From positions 8,370,001 through 8,434,000 of the forward strand of contig JBHGNT010000017.1 of NCBI GenBank assembly GCA_043228905.1: DNA of 64,000 nucleotides. Reading direction: 5' to 3'. The DNA is from Azolla caroliniana (taxonomy: Eukaryota > Plantae > Polypodiophyta). Positions within the stretch are counted from its first letter, which is position 1. Every line of letters begins with the position of its first letter. Positions 1 through 11,400 of the stretch are shown here, piece by piece. The notes under the pieces were generated by a model, which saw only the letters and a list, made by a program, of their open reading frames with translations, was not told the DNA's origin and searched no databases. The position numbers were made by a program, and so were the translations under genes.

Positions 1-1086
1 TCCGATTGTCTCGTCCCTTTCCTCCACCGGGCATCCCCTGATCGGGATGTCGTCTAAGAATGGCATGGTGATGTCCGGGATACAATCCCTAAGCACTTTG
101 TTCATCGCGTTCACCATGTGGGCCACCGAGTTCATCACTCCTTGTGGTAGGGTGCACATTCACACTAGGCCGAGAGGAGTCCGCATCGTCGTAATGTCTC
201 TGCTCTCCACGGCTAGTTGGAACTGACCGTACCCTGAGTACAGATGATCGACAGAGTAAATCGACCTTCCGGCGAAGGCCTCCATGAACTCGTCTATGGT
301 CGGTCCGATTCCTGCGTTTCGGATGGTCACCTTGTTGACCGGTTGTAGGTCTTGAATGAAGCGCAGCGTGCCGTTCTTCTTTGGCACTGTAAACCACCGA
401 TTCGAATACGGGGCACTCGACGGTTCGAGGGTGCCCATCTCCACCTTTTGCTTCAGAAGCTCCATCAACTTCGGGATGTGAGCTCTTGGCACCGGAATCG
501 GTTTGAGATTCCACCGTACATGCGGCACCGTGAAGATCACCATCGGTTCGACGATCGTCGGGTCCACGCACCCGATCTCCTCCGGCGAGAACACAAAGGC
601 CTTCCCATGCCTTCCGAGAATTCTCCGAAACCTATTCTCCTCCATCGGCAGTAGAAAGCCACCCCCACCGACCTTGAGCTCCCGTAGCGTTATGTCGGTG
701 AACCAGTGCCCTATGCCAGCCGGATTCCGTAAACTTGGGTCCGACGCAACCCCTTTTCTCCGCTCCTCGCTGCGCTCCGGCAAGGGTGCCACGACCGGCC
801 TTACCTTCCGGTCCACAGTCTTGTACTTTGTAGTCATGCGGGCCGTCCGATCTGACCCGATCCTTTCCCCGAAGTCCGTGATGACTTCGTACATTCCCAT
901 CAATCCTACCAGAACGGTCCGGTCTTCTCTAAGGTCTTCACCGAACACCTTTCGCAACTCGCCCAAGATGTCATCAAAAGAGACCGCCTCCACGGCTCCA
1001 CTGATCTCTTCGTCGGGGGAGAGGACTCCGCATCTCCTGAGCCTCTCCTCCGCTCGCTTCCTTTCTCGGCCGTTGACACCGGCCAT
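1..1086 (-). pseudogene. Gypsy reverse transcriptase, frameshifted near 160
   Basis: ORF 160-1086 has PYSNRWFTVPKKNGTLRFIQDLQPVN and YSGYGQFQL..SRDITTMRTPLG. A shifted frame continues TLPQG..NSVAH and PFLDDIPIRG. Confidence 0.9.
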
Positions 1087-1307
1087 AGTACAACCTCCAT
1101 TGTCAGAGAACCAAAATTTCCTACCTATGGTAGAGGTCTTCTTCCGTACTATACATTTGTGGGGTTTTTCCAGGGTGTCCGGACTATCGCGGCCCCACGC
1201 CTTGATAGCCCTCTCTAAAAATCCCTTGGGGTTTCGCCACCGAGGGTCTCACGGTTACCCTCATGGTTTGGTCGCACCGTCAAGAACTAGACCGAGTGAC
1301 GCCCGTC

Positions 1308-1616
1308 CTAGATCTTGACTCTTGCGTAGGCCGAACCGTTGTTCAGCACCTTGGTTTCCATCCGTGCCGCCGTGATGTATGGTTCTCCTAGTATAACCGG
1401 ATGTGAGGACGTCTCCTGCACCAAGAAGTGTTGGTCAATCTTGACATCGCCGATCTTCACTCGTACATTCGGGCAGGCTCCATGTAGTTCTTCCGTGGCC
1501 CGCGTCGTTACCCGTATTTTCCAGCCATGTTTGGTGTTGATCAGCCATTTCCCCTTTTTGTAGAAGTCCATGGACATCAAGTTGATTTCTGAACCGTGGT
1601 CCACCAACACCACCAC
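1308..1616 (-). pseudogene. Retropepsin-type aspartic protease domain
   Basis: VLVDHGSEINLM active-site motif and VILGEPY flap-partner motif; homologous to 50400-50720. Confidence 0.8.
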
Positions 1617-1827
1617 CGGCTCCTAGACATCCCCGACCTTAATAGGGGTCTCCGTGGTCGCTTTGGCCCAGTGCGGCCTCGAATAGTGGCTCTCCGCCAA
1701 CTCTTCTTCTAACGCCATGTCCTCTATGTGCGTCGTTCGCACTTCCATCGGCTTCTGGGGCTCTGGCTTTGTCGACAACCTCTTCCTCTTTACCAAGTAT
1801 ACGATGGAGTCGTGGAACTCCTTCTTG

Positions 1828-2652
1828 TGTTGGGAGACAGGTCCCTCTGGATGGGAAGAGAAAAGAACAGTGCTAATGAACAAACTCAGCCGAGGCCGAA
1901 ACTGTATGAGGAGTACACGGCTACGGAGAGCCAGATGATGCAGATCCGGTGAAGACTGGATGAGGAGTACCCGGCTACGGAGAGCCGGATGATGCAAACC
2001 CGGTGAGGACCGGATGAGGAGTACCCGGCTACGGAGAGCCGGATGGTGCAGACCCGGTGAAGACCCGGTGAAGACCGGATGAGGAGTACCCGGCTACGGA
2101 GAGCCGGATGATGCAGACCCGGTGAGGACCGGATGAGGAGTACCTGGCTACGGAGAGCCGGATGGCGCAGACCCGGTGAGGAATGCTCTCCGGATGAAGA
2201 GACATATTCGTAAATATGTTTTCTGAAGAGCCCACCGTGGCTATATTTGTAAATAGCCGAAAAGTCATATTAGTATAAATATGACTTAGGGCAAACTTTT
2301 AGTGTGTGTTGTCATTCTTGTTGAAAAAGTATAGAGAGAGCGTGTAACTATGTACAGATAGAGAGAGAGAGAAAGAGGTCGTTGCCTCTGCTGTAACCGC
2401 CGCCTGTGGCGAAGATCTGTGAGCACGAGGTCGTTGCCTCAGTGAACTCACTATTGTACATTCTTACATAGTGACAGTTTGCAGCCTGTGGGCTGCCGTG
2501 GTTTTTCCCCTAGTTTGGGGTTTTCCACATAGACCTCCTGTGTACCTTTTCTCTCCTTTGCGTCGCGTGTTTTTCGTTTCCTGTTTTCTGTGTATGAAAA
2601 GAATCTCAGTTGTGGCCGAGCGTCGTGCATAAGGAGCGTTGAGTTCCCGTCA
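1828..2652 (+). mobile_element. Copia solo LTR (825 bp) inserted in the Gypsy gag-protease region
   Basis: TG...CA ends with a perfect 5-bp TSD TCTTG (1823-1827, 2653-2657). Its start and end resemble the Copia LTRs at 17887-18545 and 19785. Confidence 0.92.
1903..2182. repeat. ~54-bp tandem repeat, about 5 copies, inside the solo LTR
   Basis: Unit ccggatgaggagtacccggctacggagagccggatgatgcagacccggtgagga; copies start at 1956 and 2010. Confidence 0.9.
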
Positions 2653-3124
2653 TCTTGGAGATCCTAAGCACTTCCCTTAGCGACAATTCCACTTTGCTGT
2701 CGAGGATACGTTCCTCCAGGACCTTTTGCAGGTACGTGGTCCTTTCGATTTCCATTCTCAACCGGTACCCGACCTTCTTGGCTTTATCCGGTGCGCCGGT
2801 CGCACCGGCCTCATTCTATCTTTGGCCGAATCGGGTCTCGTACCGTTGCGAGGGCCCGACCCCTCTGGTTTTACCTACTCTCTTGTGTTCCACCAGAGCC
2901 TCGTAGTTCTGGCATGCGGCTTCAACGAAGCTCGTCTTCTCTTCGACCGGATCACTCCACCCGGTTACCTCCCAAACCCGTTTCTCCGCGCAGTCCACTT
3001 CTTCTTTCCTTAGTCGTGCGCCGGCGAGGCCTTCCAGCATCAGCGGCCAAAATCCAGCCTCGTTCATCTTCCGGGCCTCACCACCTCCGACCCGGATCCC
3101 AGCCGACGCCGAGTAGTGGACGGT

Positions 3125-4114
3125 CTACGCGTGGCGAGCCGCCGCCTCTTCCATCAACCGTCTCATACCCCCCCGTCCAACATTCAGGTCTAGGGCCCAT
3201 CGGGTCTCGCTAGCGTGCACCCGACCGTTCCATAGGTACACCACGTTGGCTCTCATTGCCTCGGCAAAGTCCCCGCAGTCCTTCCAGATGTGGCCGACCG
3301 CGTCGCACCACAAACACCGGGTTCTAGCTAGAGGCCTTTGGTCACGGGCTTGTTCGCCTCCGTCCCTCCGTGCCTGTGCAATCTGGAGGTTCTTTACCAT
3401 CCTAGTCAACTCCTCTAGAGTTGCTCCTCCAGACGAGCCTTTGACCATGCTGGTCGAAGTCGATCCAGTCTCGAACCAGTCTTGGGTCTCTTCCCTTCGC
3501 GCTGGCGGGGTTGGCTCGAGTTTCCTTGCTACTACGTAGCCCGACCCTGTTGATCCTTTATCGACCCACTCTCGTCGTTTCTCGAAACGACCACATACTC
3601 TCTTCACCATGGCCAAGTCGGCCGTCAGCCCGTCATCAGTGTCTAGTAGGAGTCCCACTTGCTCCCGATGCCTCGCATCCACGGACTTAACGAACAACAT
3701 GACGCGATTGGTGTCTAGTACGGTCCGGTCGAGTGCCGAAAGACATGCGAAGCGTTCTTCAAACTCCCGGAGGACCACCGACGCGTTTGTCCCCTTTTCG
3801 GGGGTGTCTACCCATTCCATGAAGTCCCGTTTCGAGAGCCGAAGTGCGTCATCAAGCCCGTATTTTTCGAGGAGCCGACCTTCAAACTCTTCCCAGGTCC
3901 GGCTCTCAGCCCGTACCTCGAGCACCTCCGCATGGATGCCCGGCATCGCCACCCGAGGGAATCCGGTCAGCCGCCTTTCTTCCGGAATGTCTCTCATTAC
4001 CATCTCGGCCCGGTAGGCCTCCAAATAGCTCGTGGCGTCTTTCCCGCCGAACCGGCCTATCGCGCCGACGACCGCTTCAATTGCCCTATCGAGGGCGCCT
4101 GCGCCTTCACACAC
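3125..4114 (-). CDS. Gypsy Gag with CCHC zinc knuckle (premature stop at 3125)
   Basis: 329-aa ORF just after the PBS; CLWCDAVGHIWKDC. Confidence 0.8.
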   Translation of the reverse strand: MCEGAGALDRAIEAVVGAIGRFGGKDATSYLEAYRAEMVMRDIPEERRLTGFPRVAMPGIHAEVLEVRAESRTWEEFEGRLLEKYGLDDALRLSKRDFMEWVDTPEKGTNASVVLREFEERFACLSALDRTVLDTNRVMLFVKSVDARHREQVGLLLDTDDGLTADLAMVKRVCGRFEKRREWVDKGSTGSGYVVARKLEPTPPARREETQDWFETGSTSTSMVKGSSGGATLEELTRMVKNLQIAQARRDGGEQARDQRPLARTRCLWCDAVGHIWKDCGDFAEAMRANVVYLWNGRVHASETRWALDLNVGRGGMRRLMEEAAARHA

Positions 4115-4193
4115 TCACTATCCAATCCACAGCCGAAGCCATGGCTTCCGCGAGATCCGACCCCCTCATCCTTCTATTCCTCTACTGCTTGTT

Positions 4194-4209
4194 CATGTCG
4201 GGTTCACCA
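4194..4209 (-). promoter_or_regulatory. Primer-binding site, tRNA-Trp
   Basis: TGGTGAACCCGACATG, 4 nt after the LTR end; complementary to the eukaryotic tRNA-Trp 3' end (...CACGTCGGGTTCACCA) as recalled. Confidence 0.8.
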
Positions 4210-4213
4210 AAGA

Positions 4214-4884
4214 TGTCGCGTTGTTACGCCCATGCGTGGAGAACAAGGCGGGACCACCGGGGCCTTGGACCGAGAAATAGCTGAGAAGAAGGAGAACGGA
4301 AAGGCAACAGACGCACTTGCACACGCACTGATACGAGAGCACATAGGAATCACAGTCCAACAACACAGCAAACGAGACGACTCGAAGTCCGAGTATATGA
4401 TCACGTATGTATATAAATGTATGTATATATCAAGACGGTTACAACTAACAGGCCGGCAAGGCGGACACCGACGCCTGCTCACACACCCACACAGAAGAGC
4501 GAGATGGAGTCTCTGCCGGAAGCACACAGCCTCCCGAAAACCTGCGCAAAAATGGCTATGGAGAGTGTTAGAGAAGAAGGGCTCGGTCCCAGTCCGGCAG
4601 CACCTCGTCCACTCTAACGCACGATCCCTTTCTCATTCCTCTCCCTCTCTTTTATAGCCCAAGGAGGGAGGCCGTTATCACCCATTACATCATATTACTT
4701 CTCAGTCCTTTCGGACAGAGATACAATTCAATTCTCTCCCTATTGAATGCGTGCTACCTAGGATTTCACCTCAGCCGACTTGTACCTACCTACTTACTAT
4801 ACAACAAAAAGTGTGCTCGCGTGCAAGGGCCAGTTTACACATGCTAAACTCGGTTTCCGCCTAGGGACGGTTTTCTTCACGACA
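4214..4884 (-). repeat. 5' LTR (~671 bp) of the Trp-primed Gypsy
   Basis: Starts TGTCGTGAAG, the same start seen after the PPT at 21308. Ends ACA before the PBS. TATA-like ctataaaa near 4650. Confidence 0.8.
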
Positions 4885-5531
4885 TCGGATCACTGGTTTC
4901 TTGTGGCGAGTAGATCGGCATAACTTCTCGTTTGCCAATTTAAGGGCAACACGTTCGCGTTCACAAGTGGAAGGATCACGCATTCCACTTATAGATTCCT
5001 TTTATAATCTTGTGATTTTAGGCAATTTTCAGAAACTTGATACACCAATATCACATATTTTAATAGCATGTAAATTTTGCTAATTTTTTGAGATTTAACA
5101 AGTTTCAAAATGATAATTTCTAAAACTGAATAGTTTTTCAATAAATGTTTAATCACAATGGCACAAGTTAAGATTAATGGTTTCACCATCTTGAGAAGAT
5201 GTAGGTTCTAGAAGTAGAAGTTACATCTATTGTTAGACTTGAAAATGTTTTAATTATAAGAGGTAACATTGTAATCCTTAATGCCATCATCTATAAATTT
5301 AGTGCTCATTAACATCCATAAATTCACAACTTAAGAAATGTATACAATATTCATAAACAATTTTGATAAATCCATAACTCCTAAAATGTAGATGATATTC
5401 ATAAACTGTCCAAACTGCCAAACTTAGATGTAAACATTAATATATCAATTTGAACATATCACGTAGTTATCAAGGTATCCACAACACTGTCCTCTTCTTC
5501 ATTTTGAGAGCTCCCCTACAAAATTTATGAA

Positions 5532-6970
5532 GTAAATGCCATTTGTAAGGTTCAATTACCATCAAGATAATTATTACTTTTTTGTTAATCAAAGAAGCAC
5601 ATGTTCACCATAAGGTATCTTGTTGTGCAACATACTTCTTTACAGTATCGATATGCACCTTTTAGTCTTGTAAAAACAAAGATTTTAGTACAATTCGAGT
5701 TCATGTAAACCCTAAACCTCTTTTATTTGAAAAAAAGGAAGATTTCTAAATATGAACTCCATACATTGTATCGAGTTGATGTAAAAAACAGAGTTTTCAT
5801 CACAATTCCAGACAATGTATCAAATTCATATTCAAAGTTTTTTTTCGTTGATTTAAAAAAATAAAAAAATCAAACCTGAGTTGATGAAAAAACTAGATTT
5901 TTCACCACAATTCAATACAATGTATTGAGTTCATGTGTAAAGTAATTTTTTTTTCGATTTTGTTTTGATTTTTTAATTATTTTTATTGTAAAAAAAACTT
6001 TAAACATGAATTCAAAACATTGTATCGACATGTGATGAAAACTCTGGTTTTTTCATCACTTCAACTTAAAAAAAAAAAAAACCAAAATTGTTTTAAAAAA
6101 AAAACCAAAACAAAACCTTTAAAAATGAACTCGATACAATGTATTGAGTTCGTGTTAAAAACTTTGTTTTTCAACACGAACTCGATACATTATATTGAGT
6201 TTGTGTTGAAAATTTGACGTTTAGACATGAACTTGATACAATGTATCGAGTTCGTTTTGAAAACTCTATTTTTAAACATGAACTCTATACATTGTATCGA
6301 GTTTGTGTTGAAAAACTGACTTTTCGACATGAACTAGATACAATGTATCGAGTTCATGTTTAAAGTTTTTTTTTTTTTTAATTTTGATTTTTTTTCTATT
6401 TATTTTGAGTCTTTTTAAAAAAATAATAATAATAAATTTAAAGTGATGAAAAAACTAGAGTTTTCATCACAAGTCGATACAATGTATCAAATTCATGTTT
6501 AAAGTTTATTTTTTCCAAAAGAACAAATTAAAAAATATCAAGAAAATTTAAAAAACATTTGAAAAAATTACTTTAAACATGAACTCGATACATTGTATTT
6601 AATTGTGGTGAAAATTCTTGTTTTTTCATCAACTCAAGCTCAATGTTTTTATTTTTATTTTTTTTAAATCTGGGGAATTATTTTTTGAACATGAATTTGA
6701 TACATTGTATGTAATTGTAATCAAAACTCTGTTTTTTACATCAACTCGATACAATGTATGGAGTTCATGTTTAGAAATCTTCTTTTTTTCAAATAAAAGA
6801 GGTTTCGGGTTTACATGAACTCGAATTGCACTAAAATCTTTGTTTTTACAAGAGAAAAAGATGCATATCGATACCACAATACACCTTATGGTGAACATGT
6901 GCTTCATTGATTAACAAAAAACCATTAATAATTGTTTTGATGGTAATCGAACCTTGCAAATGCCATTTAC
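5532..6970. mobile_element. Foldback element / ~1.44-kb imperfect palindrome with about 13 internal palindromic units
   Basis: The arms are reverse complements (e.g. 5596 agcacatgttcaccataagg vs 6884 ccttatggtgaacatgtgct). Unit catgaactcgatacaWtgtatcgagttcatg; centre ~6241. Confidence 0.85.
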
Positions 6971-7612
6971 GTGTTCTATAAAATATTTTGGTGGTTCTTA
7001 ATCACCACTTCAAGCACTTAATGTTGATCTTCATAGTTTGGTTCATCTACAACAGAGAAACATTTATGTGGAACTAAGAATGACAACACGTGCATATGGC
7101 CATGACCTAGGGCACCAATTCTGCATTGGTAATGTTTTGGACGTGGTGATGCATTAAACTTTTGTATTACATATATTATTGACATTAGTGTTATGTACAC
7201 ATAACGTTGGTGAGGGTAGGTCACTAATGTTAAAAAGGGGACTGATGATTAGATAGAAAGAATGATAGGTGCATGCACTATCATGATTTGGACAACCAAT
7301 GAATGAAGAGCCTTTTAGAAAGGCACATCTAATCAAGGGGCCTAGGAAAAGGTATAAATATGAGGCTTAGCTACCCTCATAAGGACATTACATCGGAAGG
7401 CTCCTGTCTTAGACACCGGTGGTGTGGACTAGGCTTTCGTCTCGACGATCATGTTTATCTCTTCCAAGGTATTAGTCATCCTAATATCCAACGGTATGGG
7501 ATGTCAGTGGTAGGTTGGCTATGTCTAGATCATAGCTCGGGGGTGGTCGGGTGGAAGGGTTCTTCTATACAATGTATTTTCCTTCTTTTACTTTACTTTG
7601 GTCTATTGATAG

Positions 7613-7624
7613 TGGTATCAGAGC
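7613..7624 (+). promoter_or_regulatory. Primer-binding site, tRNA-iMet
   Basis: TGGTATCAGAGC. Confidence 0.85.
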
Positions 7625-7660
7625 TTTTACTAACAATTTTTTTGTTGTTTTGATATTTTT

Positions 7661-8122
7661 TGTTATTGCTAGGACCGGACAACAGCCTAACACAGGGTGT
7701 CCACTCAAGACACGTCACCAAAGGGTGGTACGGCAAAATGACTTACGGCACAACGCTTACTTAGACCTTAATCGATTACTTAGCCATCCGTAATTAACAC
7801 GCGTAAGTTAAAACAATGAATACAGAACGGTAATCAACACTGGAAGATTAAGACAATAAGCTTTATTAATTATCCGCTCCTGATTACATTGTAACCGGGC
7901 CTTTATATAGGTCTCCGGTGCGAAATACAAAACGGTGCCAACCGGCACCTTTACGGAATCGTTCCGGATCCGGATCAGCATACCGATTCCGGTCCGTCCG
8001 TCCACATCTTCTTATATAATAATATGTATATATTAAGACTACTAATTACAACAGTTCCTGAATACTATTCCTTTCACACTCTAGTTTGGACCTCCTTAAG
8101 CCTTCTTTGTCGGCCGGTAACA
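7661..8122 (-). repeat. 3' LTR (462 bp)
   Basis: About 16 mismatches (hand count, mostly transitions) against 12921-13336. Minus-strand TATA (ctatataaag ~7905) followed by AATAAA (~7862). Confidence 0.9.
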
Positions 8123-8163
8123 CATGGCACACCCGTGGAACAGTACCTTGTACGTCGAACCCA

Positions 8164-9866
8164 CTATCCGACCCTTTTACGCTTCATCCAAAATGTCCAG
8201 AATGCTTTGCTCCAAAATTTCCAATGGCTCATCGGGAATCTGTTGTTGCTATTGTGGTTGCTGTTGTTGTTCCGTTTGTGGCTATGGTTGCTGCTCCGTT
8301 TGTGGCTGTGGCTCCGTTTGTCGTTCTGGCACTGGCGTTTCCATTGTTGATTCCTCCGTCGGAGTTGTCTGTGGCTGACAGACCCCGGCCTGTTCCCCCA
8401 CTGGTCTTTGCACCGGCAACAGTTCCTCATCACTTAGGTTGACCGTTGCCGCCTTTCGCGCTTTTTCTTCCCAGAGCCGGGACCGCTCATAGCTTTCGAA
8501 CTGGATTTGAGCCTCCAGCCGATCATCGTCCAGTTGAGCTACGAGCTGTCGGACCTGCACCAATTGTTCATCCGCCAGGGCTGTGAAATCTTCCGCCAGC
8601 TCATCCCTGATGGTGGTGAAGTCCTCTGAGGTCAGCATATAGTAGTCGTCGCCCTCCTTTCGCCGGTTTTCAACGTCCGCCCTAAGCAATTGGAGTTCCG
8701 TCGTATTCTGTGCCCATTTTGCCCACCAACGCACAAAGCTGTCATCAATGAGGCTTTTGGTCTTAGTGAGCCATGACCGGAGGATGCACTGGATCCGTTC
8801 AGCTCCCATCTGTGATTTATTTTCTGCGGCTTGTTGCCCCTCCTTCAATTGCTTGATGATCCGAACCGTGTCCGCCTCCTACTCCCTATAATGCGACAAT
8901 TGAGTTTGATAGGTTGTTTGCAACCTCTGTAGTACCATTGACGCTCTTTCCTTGTCTTCATGGTTCTGTTTGTGGAGCTCCATCCGGTCATTCGCCGCTT
9001 CCTCCAATAGCCTGGAACTTTTCGCTCGTTCTTCGGCGAGTGCCATTGTGGCCCTATCAACCTCTTGCCGGAGCTCAGCCATCTGTTCCTGTTGTTGCTT
9101 ATGCTCCGTCTCCAGCTGCTTGTAGTCCCGATGCAGATGATCGAAATCATCGGTCTTCTACTTCAACCTTTGGTTGATCTGACGGCGCGCGTGGTCCTCC
9201 CGGTCCTTCTGTTGCCGGAGCTCTTCCTTCAGCCGTTCGATTTCCGTTTCCGCCATCCGTCGCAGCTTATCTTTTTCCTGCAGCACTTTCTCTTTTTCCT
9301 CCTTCAGCCGGTCGTAAGCATGATGTCCTTTACGCAGGTTTTCCTCTGCACGGTGAAGGTTCTCAGCAATCTTTCTTAATTCTTCTTCGGCCGCCTTCTT
9401 CAAGTCGCATTCACGACTCCGTAATGCTTCTTGTGCGGCGAGCTCATCTTGTAATTCCGCAAGCTCTTGGGCTTGCACCGCCTCTTTCTCCGGGACAGTT
9501 TGTGTCTCCGGGGTCTTATTCTTCTGTACATCCACCGGAGTCCCTGGTGCTTGGATCTGTGTTGCGGTTAAGGCCATTTTGGCCATATCTCCTGTGATCC
9601 GATCCAAGTCTTGTTCGAGGCACCGGATCCTTGACCGGGCCGTGTCCAGTTCATCGGTTGTGACGAGCAACCATTCCGTTTGCGCTCTTTCTTCCGCCTC
9701 TATGCATCCGACTACTCCGGCAATTTGGTCTCCTATCCACCGGAGCCATTGGCTGTCGTGCACTGTTGTTGCGCTTGCACAAAGAGTTGGCTGATGGGTT
9801 CACTCGCCGGTGGCCGGTCCCGCCGTTTTGCGTCAAGCTGCGCTTCTGGTTCTGCCAGCTGACCAC
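8164..9866 (-). pseudogene. Extra retroelement ORF, coiled-coil and Gln-rich, frameshifted
   Basis: ORF fragments 9158-9763, 8879-9082 and 8282-8848 are E/K/R/Q-rich heptad-like; polyQ at the end. Confidence 0.5.
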
Positions 9867-9925
9867 TTTGCCGTTCCGGCTCTGAGTGTGTTTCAGCTAG
9901 TCGCCCCTTGTCTGCTTATTCTTGG

Positions 9926-11227
9926 CTAGCTGGGGCGGTTGGCCTTCGTATCTATCTCCAGCTCTTGGGTGACGGGGCTTGCCGGTGCTGCCTGTTGTGT
10001 CGGGACTTCTGTGACCGGTTCCATCCGAGCCGGTTCCGGTGCCTCCCTTGGCGTGGGTTGCTCAGCGTGAGTTGCGGGTGTTCCATCCTTCTGTGGGTCC
10101 GAACGCTTCCCGGCTGATTCTGCGGTGCTCTTCACTGGCCGCCGCTGGAGGTGCTCCGTGGGTTCTTCCTCTATCTCTTCCGCCTGAGTCCCGGCATTCA
10201 TTCTTGCCGCCAAGGTGTCTGTTTCCTGTTGCCCCAGTTGGTGGAGTGGGCTCTTCAAGGGCCGTGTCGGTGTCTCCTCGTGCGTGTCCGTCGGTCGCTT
10301 CCGGCTGGCGCGCTCCTTCGCTGCCCTCTCTGCTTCGGCAGTCTTCCCCTTAGTGGCCTTGGAGGCCAACAGTTGTTGTCGTTTCGAAGCAGGTTTCGGG
10401 GTGCCGTCCGTTGCTCTTCCCCGCTTCTTGGTTTGGATGGGCTCGACCGGTGGCGCCAACAGGGTGAACCATTGTGTCACCGCATGCCATATTTTCTGAC
10501 CTTCCTTGCCGTCCTTTCCTCTTACTATATCAATGGCCGTACACAGCCCGTCGGCGATCAGCACCGGCCAATCTACCTTGACCCCTTCGTACGTTGCGAT
10601 GATGAGGCCTGCTCGGTTTTGAGGCATGACGGGGGGTCGAGGGTACACGTGGCCGAACTCGTGGAGCACACGGGACATTTCACGGAATAGCATATCTTCG
10701 CCGCCTTGTGTCCTATAGCCCTTGCTGGCTAGAGAGTACTCGCCGAAATATTTGATGAGTTGCTCGGGGGTAGGATTGTCGATCGTGTAGATACCTCCCT
10801 CCATAAGGCCTATTAACGCACGGATCACCTCCTCTGTGATCACCTTCGTGTCTATTTCTTTTATAATCTTCTTGGCTTCCTTGTGTGGCGCCGCCTCCAT
10901 GATCATTACGAAACCCTCCAGACCGTGCTGCAGTAACCATTTCTTGGCGGCTTCAGACAACGTTTGGCAGTCCATTTCTGCGTTGAGGTCGGAGAGCGTT
11001 GGAGAGGTTTGATGGTGGGGAGAATGTGAGAGAGAAAGTTCTGAGGGAGGGAGTTCTCTGTGTGCGAGCTCTCTACGATTTATCTTCACGCGTCGCTCTA
11101 CGTCTATTCTCCTTTGTTCGCGATAGGAGAAGGTCTCGATGCGTGGGGGTTTTTCTCTCTGCATCTTGGCGCCTTTTTCAAGCCTCCGCATGTGCAAGTC
11201 GTGTACTATAATAGCATTGTGTGCCAT
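9926..11227 (-). CDS. Extra ORF downstream of pol (433 aa), function unknown
   Basis: Long open frame 3' of the integrase within the LTR pair; central globular-looking region (..KVDWP..) followed by a basic, disordered tail. Confidence 0.6.
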   Translation of the reverse strand: MAHNAIIVHDLHMRRLEKGAKMQREKPPRIETFSYREQRRIDVERRVKINRRELAHRELPPSELSLSHSPHHQTSPTLSDLNAEMDCQTLSEAAKKWLLQHGLEGFVMIMEAAPHKEAKKIIKEIDTKVITEEVIRALIGLMEGGIYTIDNPTPEQLIKYFGEYSLASKGYRTQGGEDMLFREMSRVLHEFGHVYPRPPVMPQNRAGLIIATYEGVKVDWPVLIADGLCTAIDIVRGKDGKEGQKIWHAVTQWFTLLAPPVEPIQTKKRGRATDGTPKPASKRQQLLASKATKGKTAEAERAAKERASRKRPTDTHEETPTRPLKSPLHQLGQQETDTLAARMNAGTQAEEIEEEPTEHLQRRPVKSTAESAGKRSDPQKDGTPATHAEQPTPREAPEPARMEPVTEVPTQQAAPASPVTQELEIDTKANRPS

Positions 11228-11400
11228 GTGGCGGTGGTTTAATGTCCTATTTATAGCTCCTCGTACCTTTTCGATGTGCCTCTTTACTCCTCGTGTGCAT
11301 GGCCATTTCCACCACTCCTTTCCATGATTTATTTGATTCGCTCCTTTTCTTTTTCTTTTTCTTTTTCTTTTTTTTCTTTTTTTTTTAATTACTTGTATGG

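Larger units (their letters stand above)
1..4884 (-). mobile_element. Ty3/Gypsy LTR retrotransposon, tRNA-Trp-primed family (5' LTR, gag, protease, RT; continues beyond window start)
   Basis: On the minus strand: LTR (TGTCGTGAAG...ACA), PBS, gag with CCHC, DHGS protease, then Gypsy RT motifs. Interrupted by a solo LTR at 1828-2652. Confidence 0.9.

Noticed and set aside
503-1318. 271-aa plus-strand ORF and similar ORFs (3932-4657, 10151-10690)
   Set aside because: Antisense shadows of GC-rich retroelement sequence with no recognisable domains.
6120-6362. CRISPR-like array of palindromic ~31-bp repeats at ~51-bp period
   Set aside because: The spacers resemble one another and are mirror-symmetric, there are no cas genes, and the context is eukaryotic; it is part of the foldback.
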